Source of the DNA: Halarcobacter sp. | Lineage (GTDB): Bacteria > Campylobacterota > Campylobacteria > Campylobacterales > Arcobacteraceae | Direction of reading: 5' to 3' | Assembly (NCBI GenBank): GCA_963676565.1 | Contig: OY781089.1 | Span: 2,176,001-2,240,000 of the forward strand | DNA length: 64,000 nt | Shown here: piece by piece, positions 11,077 to 21,460 of the stretch | Layout of the letters: each line of letters opens with the position of its first letter | Position numbering within the stretch: position 1 is the first letter of the stretch | Notes under the pieces: model-generated | What the model was told of the DNA's origin: nothing | What the model saw: only the letters and a program-made list of their open reading frames with translations | Databases searched by the model: none | Translations under genes and position numbers: made by a program

Positions 11077-11579
11077 TATACCCTCTTTGCATTTTTTTCA
11101 ATCCATGAGATAATCTCTTCTGGATTATTTAAGTCTAGTTTCTCAATATTGTCAGGAATATCATCAGCACTTATTGTTGAATCATGAGCAATGGCATCTG
11201 TAACTGGAAAATAAGTCTCATCAAGTTTATTTCTAAAGACTGAAATTCTTGGGAGAGGTAGAGTCTTTAGACCCTCAACCAATAAATAATCAAAATCACC
11301 AAAAAGTTCAATCATCTCATCAATAGTTGATGTAGCTTGTTTAAATAAAGTTGTTCTTGTGGGACTCACAACTGCAACATTTGCACCTGTTTTTGTGAAC
11401 TTATCACTATCTTTCCCTTCTTTATCAAATATAGCTTTATCCTTTGGATCATGCTTTACAATACATACTTTATAACCATTTTGATTTAGTATGTTTGAGA
11501 CATTAACTACTAATGTAGTTTTACCACTATTTGAAGGCCCGCTAAATGCAACAGCTAGTTTCTTATAATTCTTATCCAT
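11076..11579 (-). CDS. mobB: Molybdopterin-guanine dinucleotide biosynthesis protein B
   Basis: [21 protein letters not shown]. Start choice (ATG 11579) is uncertain. Confidence 0.9.
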   Translation of the reverse strand: MDKNYKKLAVAFSGPSNSGKTTLVVNVSNILNQNGYKVCIVKHDPKDKAIFDKEGKDSDKFTKTGANVAVVSPTRTTLFKQATSTIDEMIELFGDFDYLLVEGLKTLPLPRISVFRNKLDETYFPVTDAIAHDSTISADDIPDNIEKLDLNNPEEIISWIEKNAKRV

Positions 11580-11659
11580 GAGGCTGATTTTACCCAAACC
11601 ATGGTTAAAGTAACTTTAGTGTAAAATTCCAATTATTAAATATTTGGAGATATACTTTA

Positions 11660-12148
11660 ATGAGAAAAAATATATTAATTTTTACTTTAATAATTTCATT
11701 TGTTTTTATTGGATGTTCAAAAAGAAATGATTCATTAAAAGGTTTTAAGAATAGTAATCAAAGTCCTATGGCAATACAATATACTAAAAAAAGAGATTTG
11801 TCTTATAATGATTCACTAAAAGTTATGGTTTTTGCTACATATTTAAATAAAGCTTCTAAAAAATATGAAACTAATAAATTAGATAGCTTTGTTGTTGGAA
11901 TTCATATTACAAACCAACAAAACCATGATTTAATTAAAAATAGATTTGAAGTTACATTGAATGGTGACAAACCAAAAACTATGGTTAAACTTCCAAATGA
12001 TTCAGATATAATTGAAATTATTCCACTAAAGAATCAATGGGCAGAATATTATTTAATACATTTTGATAACAAAAAAGATATTAAAAAACTAAATTTAAAA
12101 ATTACTCATCCTGTTTATGGTGTGGTTTCATTAGAGTTTCTAAAATAG
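11660..12148 (+). CDS. Hypothetical lipoprotein
   Basis: GGAG SD, signal peptide with lipobox FIG-C. Confidence 0.75.
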   Translation: MRKNILIFTLIISFVFIGCSKRNDSLKGFKNSNQSPMAIQYTKKRDLSYNDSLKVMVFATYLNKASKKYETNKLDSFVVGIHITNQQNHDLIKNRFEVTLNGDKPKTMVKLPNDSDIIEIIPLKNQWAEYYLIHFDNKKDIKKLNLKITHPVYGVVSLEFLK

Positions 12149-13541
12149 ATTGTAAAGATATTTTATCTTTACTTTTTTTTGTTAAAGAATTATAGTATAA
12201 AACATAATACATTAAAAAGTTTTTCTTTTCTTCTAAATTATCTTTTAGTAATAGTTCTAAAGAGATAAATGGTTCTAAATCTTTTAATTCTATTTCTTTA
12301 AAATCTATATTTACTCCATCGAAAGCAATAGATAGTAATAGAGGATTTTTATATCTATTTTCAATATTTGAAATATATATATTTACAAATTTTAAATTTT
12401 CATCAAGATTAAAATAGTTTATTTCTTCATTTTCATCCTCTAAAGCTAGTAGATCAGAAATTGAATTGATTAAATCAACTTTTAATTGGAAAATACCAAC
12501 TTCAAAGTTCTTAGAAATCATGTTTGTATCAAAATTTGATTTAGTTTTAGCAAGTGAGTAAAGTAGGGCGATTCTATCTGTTTTGTACTTTTTTTTCAGT
12601 GAATCTATATTTTCAATTTTAGTTAATAATTTATCTATATCAACATTTTTTTTAGCAATTTCAATTGCATTATATGAATAAAAATTTAATTCATTGCTAT
12701 TTAAAAGATTGTTTAAATAAGTTTCATCTTTAGTGATTTTATATAGCCAAAAATAAATTTTGTCTATCTCATATTGTGAATTTGTTTTTAAAAGGGCATT
12801 ATTAAAATAAATATATGCTTTATTGAAATTATTTACTCTTGTATTGCTTAGTCCAAGGAAAAATGATGATGTAAAATTTAAGTCTTGATCATCAATTTCT
12901 AAAAGTGAATTATTTAAATTGTTTAATTTAGGATCTGTTAGGGAAACTTTTAAAAACTGATTGAATTTTTCCTTATCTTTAAAAATCTTTTCAAAACTTC
13001 TTTTTGGTAATTTATAATTAAAATATTTTTGTCTAAATTCTTTATTAACATTTAAAAATATATCATAAAAGTTGTCTTTTTTTTGAATAATTAGTTTTGT
13101 AAAAGGGATAGCAGCTGAGATAACTTTTAGTTTGTTTGAAAAGTTCGGGTATTTATCCTTGACTTTTTGTTTAATTAAATCAAACTCAATTGCAGATAGT
13201 CTTGAAAGTTTTTTTGTATTTAAACCTAAAACAATACAATCTGCATATGTATTTATTAAATCTTTTACATCCATATTCATACATTGTGCAACCGCAAAAG
13301 TTTCATCATGATTATATTTTTTAGCAAAGTTAAAAAATAATTCATTGTTCATATTATCAATTAAAGATAAACTTTTATAAGCTATATCAGAATTGATATC
13401 TTTTTTTAATAATTCATTTATATAAAAATCTCTTTTTATACCTTTTTGAATCGATTTAATCTCTTCAAACTCTTTTATAAAGTCGTTACTATTTGCATAG
13501 GAAAATATTGAAAAGAAACATAAAAAAAGAATGTATCTCAT
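12102..13541 (-). CDS. Soluble lytic transglycosylase-like protein, catalytic motif degenerate
   Basis: Signal peptide, TPR-like helical region, C-terminal LLYSLAKTKSNF...GIFQL resembling the SLT domain. Position between yggT and mobB matches slt in Campylobacterales. Confidence 0.7.
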   Translation of the reverse strand: MRYILFLCFFSIFSYANSNDFIKEFEEIKSIQKGIKRDFYINELLKKDINSDIAYKSLSLIDNMNNELFFNFAKKYNHDETFAVAQCMNMDVKDLINTYADCIVLGLNTKKLSRLSAIEFDLIKQKVKDKYPNFSNKLKVISAAIPFTKLIIQKKDNFYDIFLNVNKEFRQKYFNYKLPKRSFEKIFKDKEKFNQFLKVSLTDPKLNNLNNSLLEIDDQDLNFTSSFFLGLSNTRVNNFNKAYIYFNNALLKTNSQYEIDKIYFWLYKITKDETYLNNLLNSNELNFYSYNAIEIAKKNVDIDKLLTKIENIDSLKKKYKTDRIALLYSLAKTKSNFDTNMISKNFEVGIFQLKVDLINSISDLLALEDENEEINYFNLDENLKFVNIYISNIENRYKNPLLLSIAFDGVNIDFKEIELKDLEPFISLELLLKDNLEEKKNFLMYYVLYYNSLTKKSKDKISLQSILETLMKPHHKQDE

Positions 13542-13819
13542 TAGATTCCCATAAATAATCTACCAAGAAATGTTTCTAGAAAAATTAATACTAAAATCAC
13601 AATTAATGGAGCCAAGTCCATTCCACCAAATACAGTAGGAATAAATCTTCTAACAAACGCATAAGCAGGTTCTGTTAACCTATAAAGCATTTGGACAATA
13701 GGGTTATATGGATCAGGTCTTACCCAAGATAATAAAGCTGAAATAATAATAACCCATTTATAAAGTGTAATAACAGATAGTATTACTGTAAAAACCGATC
13801 CTAAAAATGCATCCATCAT
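13541..13819 (-). CDS. yggT: YggT family membrane protein
   Basis: SALLSWVRPDPYNP...LTEP...DLAP. Confidence 0.92.
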   Translation of the reverse strand: MMDAFLGSVFTVILSVITLYKWVIIISALLSWVRPDPYNPIVQMLYRLTEPAYAFVRRFIPTVFGGMDLAPLIVILVLIFLETFLGRLFMGI

Positions 13820-15090
13820 TTTATAATTTCTCCAATATAATTTTTAATTAATGGGTAAATATCATTCATATCTGGCCCATTTTCAGTTCCTAAAATTAGG
13901 TATGAGATTGTTTTTTTAATCTCAGTTTCTTTTAAATTAGTGTTGTTTTCAATATATTTTTTTAATTCTTCAAAATCATTGAAAAAAGGTGCACTTTTCA
14001 TACAACTTTTTAACTCTAAAATTTCATCTTTTAAAGTACTATTTTCTTTTTTAGTTTGAAAAATTAAAGTTATTTTTTCTTCTAGTTTTTTTAGTGTACT
14101 AACTTCATTTAAAAATAGCTTTGCAAGACTTCCTATATCAGCATCAGCATAAGATAAGATTTTTGATAATCTAAGGTTATCCATTAATTCAATATGTTTT
14201 TTATTTATCTTTTTTAATTCATCAATATCAAAAACAATATTATCACTAATAATGTTTTTTACATCAAAAGATTTAATAGTATCTTCTAAAGAAACAATTT
14301 TATCATCAACCTTTAAACTTATAATCATTAAATAGTTCGCAATAGCACTTGGTAAATACCCTTCATCAATAAACCACTTTAGATTATTTAAAGATTCATT
14401 GTTTGATATTTTGGGTAAATGTAAATAATCTATTTTAGTATCATATGATAATAAAGTTCTTGTGTAAGTTTCTCTTGCAGAGTTTGTTAACTCTTCTTCA
14501 TTTGAAACAACAGTTGAGATATTATATAACATATCATCAATTGCACTTGCATAAACTTTTTTAGGCATTTTATCATGTGCTAAAGCAATATATGAATCTA
14601 TTTCATAAGGTTCAAAAACAATCTCACCTTTTAATAAATCATTAATAGTTACTTTTTTATTTGGTTCTTTAATTCTAACTGTAAAAGGAGCATTGCAATT
14701 TAAAACAGTTTCATCAGATAAAGTTGAGCAGAAACCATCATATCTAATAGGTTTATTTTCTTTTTCTGCTTCTTCTTTTAGTTCATTTAGTTTTTCATCT
14801 GAACAAAAACATGCAAATGCATCTTTTTTAGCCATTAATTGCATGATGATTTTTTGATGATATTTTAAATTTTCACTTTGATAAACTACTCTTTCATGGT
14901 CAATTGAAAATAGATTTAAGAGTTCAAGTATCTCTTTTTCTATATTTTCAATATTGTTTTGTTTATCTGTATCATCAATACTAATTAATAAAGGTTTGAC
15001 TAATTTTTTTGATAAGATATAATTAAATATCCCAATTCTCAAAGTTTCAATATCTAAATGTTTAGTTGCGCTAACTCTAAATCTTACCAA
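13816..15090 (-). CDS. gltX2: Glutamate--tRNA ligase 2-like protein with eroded HIGH/KMSKS motifs
   Basis: IDDTD, YQSEN, CFC, RYDGFC, AIDDML, GPDM GluRS landmarks. HIGH replaced by DIET and no KMSKR. Confidence 0.75.
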   Translation of the reverse strand: MVRFRVSATKHLDIETLRIGIFNYILSKKLVKPLLISIDDTDKQNNIENIEKEILELLNLFSIDHERVVYQSENLKYHQKIIMQLMAKKDAFACFCSDEKLNELKEEAEKENKPIRYDGFCSTLSDETVLNCNAPFTVRIKEPNKKVTINDLLKGEIVFEPYEIDSYIALAHDKMPKKVYASAIDDMLYNISTVVSNEEELTNSARETYTRTLLSYDTKIDYLHLPKISNNESLNNLKWFIDEGYLPSAIANYLMIISLKVDDKIVSLEDTIKSFDVKNIISDNIVFDIDELKKINKKHIELMDNLRLSKILSYADADIGSLAKLFLNEVSTLKKLEEKITLIFQTKKENSTLKDEILELKSCMKSAPFFNDFEELKKYIENNTNLKETEIKKTISYLILGTENGPDMNDIYPLIKNYIGEIIK

Positions 15091-15091
15091 A

Positions 15092-16384
15092 CTATTTCCT
15101 TATAATAGAAAAAGATAATTTGTTGATCTCTTTGTGAGATTTAATATACTGATTTAAATCTTCAAGCTTTAAAGATTCAATTTTTTCAAGTTCTTTTTGA
15201 GAATGATCTTGTTCTAAACCTCTATAATAGTTTGTAAAAGCTCTATTTAATCTACTTGATAAAGTTTCAGTTCTTAAAGGCTCGCTACCTAATAAAAACT
15301 TTTTAGCAGATTCTAGTTCATCTTCAGTAACACCATTTTTAGCAAAATCCTTAACTAACTCTTTCACAAGTTTAACAGCTTCATTTGCACTTTCATTTTT
15401 TGTTTGTAAGTAACCCGTAAAATAAGAGTGTGATTTATTTTGAGATACATACCCATATGCTGAGTAAGCAAGTCCTCTTTTTACTCTAATCTCTTCCATA
15501 AGTCTAGAACCAAAACCACTTCCACCTAAAATAAAAGAAGCAACTTTAGCCATATATGAATTTTCATCTTTTACATCAACATAAAAAGGACTACCAAAAT
15601 AAATATAGGCTTGTTGTGTTTCTTTTTTTACAGTTTTAGTTTCTGCTTCTTCATTTACTTTTATTTTTGTTAATTTGTTTTTATTCTTATTGTTAAGAGT
15701 TTTAATAAGGCTTTTTATTTTAACTTCAATCTCATCAAAGGTAAAATCTCCACCAACAACAACAATAAGATTGTTTAAATCTAAAGCCTTATCTAAAAAG
15801 TTTTCTATATCATTTAATTTAATTTTTGAAATTGAATCAATTGTTCCTGATGAAGGATTAGCCAACGCTGTATCTTTAAAGATAATTTTTTTTAAGTTTT
15901 TACTAGCTTGGTAATCATAATCATTCTCTTTTCTTTTTAAAGAACCACTTGTAATTGTTTTAATCTTTTCTAAAACTTTTTCATCATAATTAGGATCTTC
16001 TAAAAGATTTTTTAAAAGTTTTAAAGCTTTTTCATGAACATCTTTAATAGAAGACAATTCAATTACAAAAGTTTCAAAACCAGTTGAAGCACTTAATGAT
16101 ATAGCTGAGTTTTCTAACTTCTCTGCAAATTTTGTACTACCTAATTTTTTTGTACCTTCATTTAAAAGTTTAGCTGAAGTTGAAGCTAGGCCACTTATAT
16201 TATCTTGAATATATCCAGAGTTTTTAAATACTAATTGTAAGTTTAATATTGGAAGATTTTTATTCTTTTCAAATACTACTGGAACACTTACTCCTTTTAT
16301 ATTTATATGCTTTATAGTAGCAGCCATTAAAAATCCTTGTAAAAATAAAAATATTAATAAAATTTTTGAAAAATGTGTTTTCAT
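15092..16384 (-). CDS. M16 family peptidase-like protein (no HxxEH)
   Basis: LGGSGFGSRLMEEIRVKRGLAY C-domain motif. N-terminal signal peptide. Confidence 0.85.
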   Translation of the reverse strand: MKTHFSKILLIFLFLQGFLMAATIKHINIKGVSVPVVFEKNKNLPILNLQLVFKNSGYIQDNISGLASTSAKLLNEGTKKLGSTKFAEKLENSAISLSASTGFETFVIELSSIKDVHEKALKLLKNLLEDPNYDEKVLEKIKTITSGSLKRKENDYDYQASKNLKKIIFKDTALANPSSGTIDSISKIKLNDIENFLDKALDLNNLIVVVGGDFTFDEIEVKIKSLIKTLNNKNKNKLTKIKVNEEAETKTVKKETQQAYIYFGSPFYVDVKDENSYMAKVASFILGGSGFGSRLMEEIRVKRGLAYSAYGYVSQNKSHSYFTGYLQTKNESANEAVKLVKELVKDFAKNGVTEDELESAKKFLLGSEPLRTETLSSRLNRAFTNYYRGLEQDHSQKELEKIESLKLEDLNQYIKSHKEINKLSFSIIRK

Positions 16385-16390
16385 AAAAGG

Positions 16391-17461
16391 TTAAAACCTC
16401 TCTAATATCTCATATGCAGTGTTTCTCTTTGCTGGATTCTCTCCAACATCTCTAATAAGTTGTATCATCTCATCTTGATTCATACAATTAGTTGCACCTG
16501 CTGCTGCAACTACATTTTCTTCCATCATAGTTGAACCTAAGTCGTTTGCTCCAAATTTTAAAGCCATTTGACCTATATAACTTCCTTGTGTAACCCATGA
16601 ACTTTGAATGTTAGGGAAATTATCTAAATAAAGTCTTGCTACTGCAAGCAATCTTAAATATCTATTTGATGATTGTGGTTTTAAATCAGGAATCTCTTCT
16701 TTTAATTGTGTGTTATCACTTTGAAAAGACCACATAATAAAAGCTCTAAAACCGCCACTTTCATCTTGAAGTTTTCTTATCATTTCCCAGTGTTCAATAA
16801 TCTCTTCATCAGTTTCAACTGTGCCAAACATCATTGTTGCAGTTGTTTTCATACCAATTGAGTGAGCTAACCTATGTATTTCAATCCACTCAGCAGCATC
16901 TATTTTTTTAGGAGCTATTATATCCCTAACTCTATCACTTAGAATCTCAGCCCCAGCACCCGGAATAGAACTTAATCCCTTAGCTTGTAATCTTTTTAAA
17001 ACTTCTAATTTTGAAATTTTTGATACTTTTGCAATAAAAGAAATTTCAATAGCAGAAAAAGAGTGTAGGGTGATTTGTGGGAATTTAGTATGAATATGTT
17101 CTACTAAATCTTCATAATAATCAATTTTTAAATTTGGATGAACTCCACCTTGCATAAGAATCTGAGTTCCACCAATTGCTAGTAGCTCTTCAATTTTTTT
17201 ATCTATTTCATCATATGATAAAACATATGAATCATCATCTTTTTTGTGTCTATAAAAGGCACAAAACTTACAATCAACCCAACATACGTTTGTATAGTTA
17301 ATATTTCTATCAACAACAAATGTTGTAACTTTTTTTGGATGTAATTGCTCTTTTCTTTGTGTTGCTAATTTTCCTAATTCAACTAAAGAAGCATTTTTTA
17401 TTAAGTCTAATGCTTCTTCATTACTTAATCTTTTATTTGCATAATCTATTTTTTTAACCAT
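16391..17461 (-). CDS. mqnC: Cyclic dehypoxanthinyl futalosine synthase (radical SAM)
   Basis: DRNINYTNVCWVDCKFCAF, PGAGAEIL, GANDLGSTMMEENVV. Confidence 0.92.
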   Translation of the reverse strand: MVKKIDYANKRLSNEEALDLIKNASLVELGKLATQRKEQLHPKKVTTFVVDRNINYTNVCWVDCKFCAFYRHKKDDDSYVLSYDEIDKKIEELLAIGGTQILMQGGVHPNLKIDYYEDLVEHIHTKFPQITLHSFSAIEISFIAKVSKISKLEVLKRLQAKGLSSIPGAGAEILSDRVRDIIAPKKIDAAEWIEIHRLAHSIGMKTTATMMFGTVETDEEIIEHWEMIRKLQDESGGFRAFIMWSFQSDNTQLKEEIPDLKPQSSNRYLRLLAVARLYLDNFPNIQSSWVTQGSYIGQMALKFGANDLGSTMMEENVVAAAGATNCMNQDEMIQLIRDVGENPAKRNTAYEILERF

Positions 17462-19707
17462 TAGAATGTTGACCCCAGTGAGAATTCGAAGTTTGATATA
17501 TCATCAGTATCTTCATTATCAATTGGTTGTGCAAATATTAAAGTAAGTGGTCCAAATGGAGATACCCACTCAAATAAAGCACCAGTAGAAGATCTTTGAA
17601 TTTCATCAAAACTATCTTCTCCAATCATACCATAATCATAAAATATTCCCCATCTCATTTTCATATCATCAATTAACGGAAAACTAACTTCAAATGAGTT
17701 TGCTGCCATCATTTTATATGGATCCTCTCTATATCCATCTTCGTGAGCAGGGAATGAATAAGACTTATACCCCCTTAATGATTTAGTCCCACCTAAATAT
17801 AAAGAATCCCCTTGATTGATTTGTCCATTATCAATTAAAAGTTTTGCTTGTATTTTGTATCTAAAGATCCAATCTAAATCAAATCTATCCTCTAATGAAT
17901 AAAATGTTTTTAAATAAGATGAAGATTTAATATATTTTGAATCACCACCAAGTCCTGCATATTCTAAAGACGAACCAGCTTTAAACCCACTAGTTGGAAA
18001 ATAAAAGTCATTAGTATTATCAAAGCTAACATAAGGTGTTATTGAACTAGTAATATAATCTTCATCAGTAAATCTATTTGCAGTTGGAACTGTTGATGTA
18101 GACTCATATGTATAATCTTCTGTAATTGAGTCAAATCTATATGTTAACCCCGCTCTTAAGTTTCTAATAATCTCACGACCAACAGAAACAGAAAAACCAT
18201 TTGTTTGTTTATCTAAATCATAAACATCATTATCTATCTCAGTAGTTTGAGCATGAATATCAATCTTCCCACTATATTTACTATCTCTAATTGCTGGATT
18301 AGTAAGTGACATTGAAAAATCTTGTGTTTTTTCAGAGATATCTCCAGAAAATGAAAAACCAATACCTGAACCAAAAAGGTTTTTTTCATTAAGTGAACCA
18401 CTAACCATTGCTCCATCATATGAACCATATCCTCCACCAATGATAATATTACCTGTTGGGGCTTCTTTCACTTTTACAATTATATCCATTGTATCTGCTG
18501 AAACTCTTTTTTGTTCAATTGATACATCATCAAAGAATCCACTTCTTCTTAACTTATTAATTGAGTCATTATAATCAGTTTGATTGTATAAATCTCCTGG
18601 AGCTAGATAAACATTTCTTCTAATAACTCTATCTAATGTTCTACTATTTCCAGAAATTTTAACATCTCTAATTGTAACAATTTCTCCTGGGACTACATTA
18701 AAAATGATATCTGCTGTACCATTTTTTTCATCTTTTTTTATATCATAGTTAACTTGTGTAAAAGCATACCCTAAATCTGCAACCATATTTTTAATATAAT
18801 TTGCATCACGTCTTAACATCTTTACATTAAAAACTCTGTCTTTTTTAAGTTTTAATTCTGGATAAATATCTTTTGGATCTAAAATCTCTTGGTTTAAATA
18901 GATTGTAATTGAGTTAGTTTTATATTGAATACCTTCATCTATATAAAAGTCTAAATCAGCTTGATTTGAAGCAAAATCAACTTCTAAGAATGGATTTTGA
19001 ACTTTCGCATCAAGATAACCGTTTTCATAATAAAGTTCTTGAATTCTTCTACTATCATATTTTAATTCTTCAGCTTTTAATTCACCATCATTAAATATTG
19101 GTAACCAAGAAAGCATCTCTTGTTCTTTATTTGCAGTAACTTTTTCAAATTGACTTGATTCAAGGTTTTTAGAACCAAAATAATTAACTTTTTTAATAAC
19201 TATCTCATCACCTTTATTTACATTAAAAGTAACAGAAATAGCATCTTCACTCAAATTTTCTATATCAACTTCAACAACTGAATTAATATACCCTTCTTTT
19301 TCAAGCTCTTTTAAAAGAGCCTCTTTAGCATCTTTTATTAGTTTTGTAGAATACATTCTACCTTTTTTAATACCAATTTGATTTTTTAGTACTTCAATAT
19401 CATCTTCTCTTTGTTTGTAGCCTGTTATATCTACATTAGCAATGGAAGGTTTTTCTTTGAAAAGAATTTTAAGTTTTCCATTATTAATTGATGCAGTAAT
19501 ATCATCAAAATAGTTGTATTTATAAAACTCTTTTATTGCTTTATTAACCTTATTTGGGTCAAGTTCTTCACCAATTCTAATTCCCAAAGTGTCATTTGCA
19601 ATACTTGTAGAGATCTTTGTTAGGTTTACATATTCAATTGAAGTAATTTGCTCAGCTTGAAGTAATGTAGCTAAAGCCATTGAAAATAAGATACTTTTTC
19701 TTTTCAC
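17461..19707 (-). CDS. bamA: Outer membrane protein assembly factor BamA
   Basis: POTRA repeats, LRGY, WVSPFGPL, terminal F. Start reassigned to GTG 19707 with AAGGA SD. Confidence 0.95.
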   Translation of the reverse strand: MKRKSILFSMALATLLQAEQITSIEYVNLTKISTSIANDTLGIRIGEELDPNKVNKAIKEFYKYNYFDDITASINNGKLKILFKEKPSIANVDITGYKQREDDIEVLKNQIGIKKGRMYSTKLIKDAKEALLKELEKEGYINSVVEVDIENLSEDAISVTFNVNKGDEIVIKKVNYFGSKNLESSQFEKVTANKEQEMLSWLPIFNDGELKAEELKYDSRRIQELYYENGYLDAKVQNPFLEVDFASNQADLDFYIDEGIQYKTNSITIYLNQEILDPKDIYPELKLKKDRVFNVKMLRRDANYIKNMVADLGYAFTQVNYDIKKDEKNGTADIIFNVVPGEIVTIRDVKISGNSRTLDRVIRRNVYLAPGDLYNQTDYNDSINKLRRSGFFDDVSIEQKRVSADTMDIIVKVKEAPTGNIIIGGGYGSYDGAMVSGSLNEKNLFGSGIGFSFSGDISEKTQDFSMSLTNPAIRDSKYSGKIDIHAQTTEIDNDVYDLDKQTNGFSVSVGREIIRNLRAGLTYRFDSITEDYTYESTSTVPTANRFTDEDYITSSITPYVSFDNTNDFYFPTSGFKAGSSLEYAGLGGDSKYIKSSSYLKTFYSLEDRFDLDWIFRYKIQAKLLIDNGQINQGDSLYLGGTKSLRGYKSYSFPAHEDGYREDPYKMMAANSFEVSFPLIDDMKMRWGIFYDYGMIGEDSFDEIQRSSTGALFEWVSPFGPLTLIFAQPIDNEDTDDISNFEFSLGSTF

Positions 19708-19818
19708 AGTTATCCTTATTATGCTAAATATTTTAAGCATAAATGTATCTAAATAAACTTTATAGGATGGTTAAGATATAATCTCATCTTTAAAAAAATT
19801 ATTTATAAGGTATTAAAT

Positions 19819-20649
19819 TTGAATATTGGTATTATTGGATTAGGTCTAATGGGAGGTTCATTAGCCAAAGCATTGAAAAAATATTTTATTGCAAAAAAAA
19901 TCTTTGGCTATGCAAGAAGTGAAAAATCAAAAAAAGAGATTGAAGAGTTAAATTTAGTTGATGAATTAGTTGATATTGAAACTTTAAAAAAAGAGTGTGA
20001 TTTGATCATATTGGCAATCCCTGTTGATAATATTATCTCTTTTCTTCCTGAGTTAGAAGATATTAATAAAAATACTACAATAATGGACTTAGGTTCAACT
20101 AAAGAGTTTATTATTGAAAATATTCCGTCATCTATAAGAAAAAATTTTATTGCTGCACACCCTATGACAGGAACTGAAAAATCAGGACCCAAAGCAGCTA
20201 TTGATGACTTATATGAGGGGAAAACTGTTGTCCTTTGTAATCTAGAAGACAATGATAATCTTCACGTAAATAGGGCATTTAGACTTTTTCAAGAAATAGG
20301 AATGAGAATTGTTGTTATGGATGCAAATGAACATGATGTCCATGCCTGTTATATGTCTCATCTTCCCCATGCAATATCTTTTTCATTGGCTAATACAGTA
20401 ATGGACTGTGAAGATCCAAAATCTATTATTGCATTAGCTGCTGGTGGATTTAAAGACATGAGTAGAGTAGCAAAATCAAGTCCTGATATGTGGACAGATA
20501 TTTTTAAACAAAATAAAAAAAATCTTTTAGACTCAATGGAAAAATTTGAAAATCATATGAAAGAAGTGAGAATTATGGTTGAAAATGAAAGATATGAAGA
20601 TTTAAAAAAATGGATGGAAAAAGCTAATTCTTTACATGAGATACTTTAA
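19819..20649 (+). CDS. tyrA: Prephenate dehydrogenase
   Basis: GLGLMGGS Rossmann motif, DLGSTK, HPMTGTE, SHLPH. Confidence 0.93.
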   Translation: MNIGIIGLGLMGGSLAKALKKYFIAKKIFGYARSEKSKKEIEELNLVDELVDIETLKKECDLIILAIPVDNIISFLPELEDINKNTTIMDLGSTKEFIIENIPSSIRKNFIAAHPMTGTEKSGPKAAIDDLYEGKTVVLCNLEDNDNLHVNRAFRLFQEIGMRIVVMDANEHDVHACYMSHLPHAISFSLANTVMDCEDPKSIIALAAGGFKDMSRVAKSSPDMWTDIFKQNKKNLLDSMEKFENHMKEVRIMVENERYEDLKKWMEKANSLHEIL

Positions 20650-20650
20650 T

Positions 20651-21460
20651 TTAAAGTATCTCAGCACTATTTATTGCTTCAAAAACCTTTATAGCTTGAT
20701 AATGCTCTTTTACATCATGACATCTAATAATAGAAGCTTCATTTTTAATAGATTCAAGGTGAATTGCTAAAGTACCAGGTAATCTTTCCTCTGTTATAGC
20801 AGGGCAAATCATATTTATCATAGATTTTCTACTTGCTCCCACTAATAATTCATAACCAAAATGTTTAAAATGTTTTAGATTTTTTATTAGTTGTAGATTA
20901 TGATCAAGTGTTTTACCAAAACCTATTCCCACATCAAGAACGATATCTTTTACACCAAAGTGTTTTGCTTTTTCAATTCTTTGTTTAAAAAAATTATCTA
21001 TATCTAAAACTACATTTTCATATTTAGGATTATTTTGCATATTTAAAGGGTCTTTTTGCATATGCATTATTACAGCAGTAGCATTATATTTTGCACTTAT
21101 CTTACAAACTTCATTATTTTGAAGTCCAGTAATATCATTTACAATTTTAAAACCTCTATCTAAGGCATATTCTAAAACTTTTGGTTCATAAGAATCTAGG
21201 GAAAATAAAGCTTTTTCATAAAGTTTTTGTTCATAAATTAAATCAATTATAGGTTTTACCCTTAATAATTCTTCATCTGCAGATACAGGTATTGAGCCAG
21301 GTTTACTAGAAACTCCACCTAAATCTATTATATTTGCCTTATCTTCAATCATCTGTTCTATTTTGATAATGGCATTTTTACCTTCAAATCTACTATTTTG
21401 GAAAAATGAGTCTTCATTTGCATTGACAACACCCATTATTTTTGTTTTTGTATAATTCAT
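20651..21460 (-). CDS. folP: Dihydropteroate synthase
   Basis: MGVVN..DSF, DVGIGFGK, GASRKS, IRCHDV. Confidence 0.95.
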   Translation of the reverse strand: MNYTKTKIMGVVNANEDSFFQNSRFEGKNAIIKIEQMIEDKANIIDLGGVSSKPGSIPVSADEELLRVKPIIDLIYEQKLYEKALFSLDSYEPKVLEYALDRGFKIVNDITGLQNNEVCKISAKYNATAVIMHMQKDPLNMQNNPKYENVVLDIDNFFKQRIEKAKHFGVKDIVLDVGIGFGKTLDHNLQLIKNLKHFKHFGYELLVGASRKSMINMICPAITEERLPGTLAIHLESIKNEASIIRCHDVKEHYQAIKVFEAINSAEIL

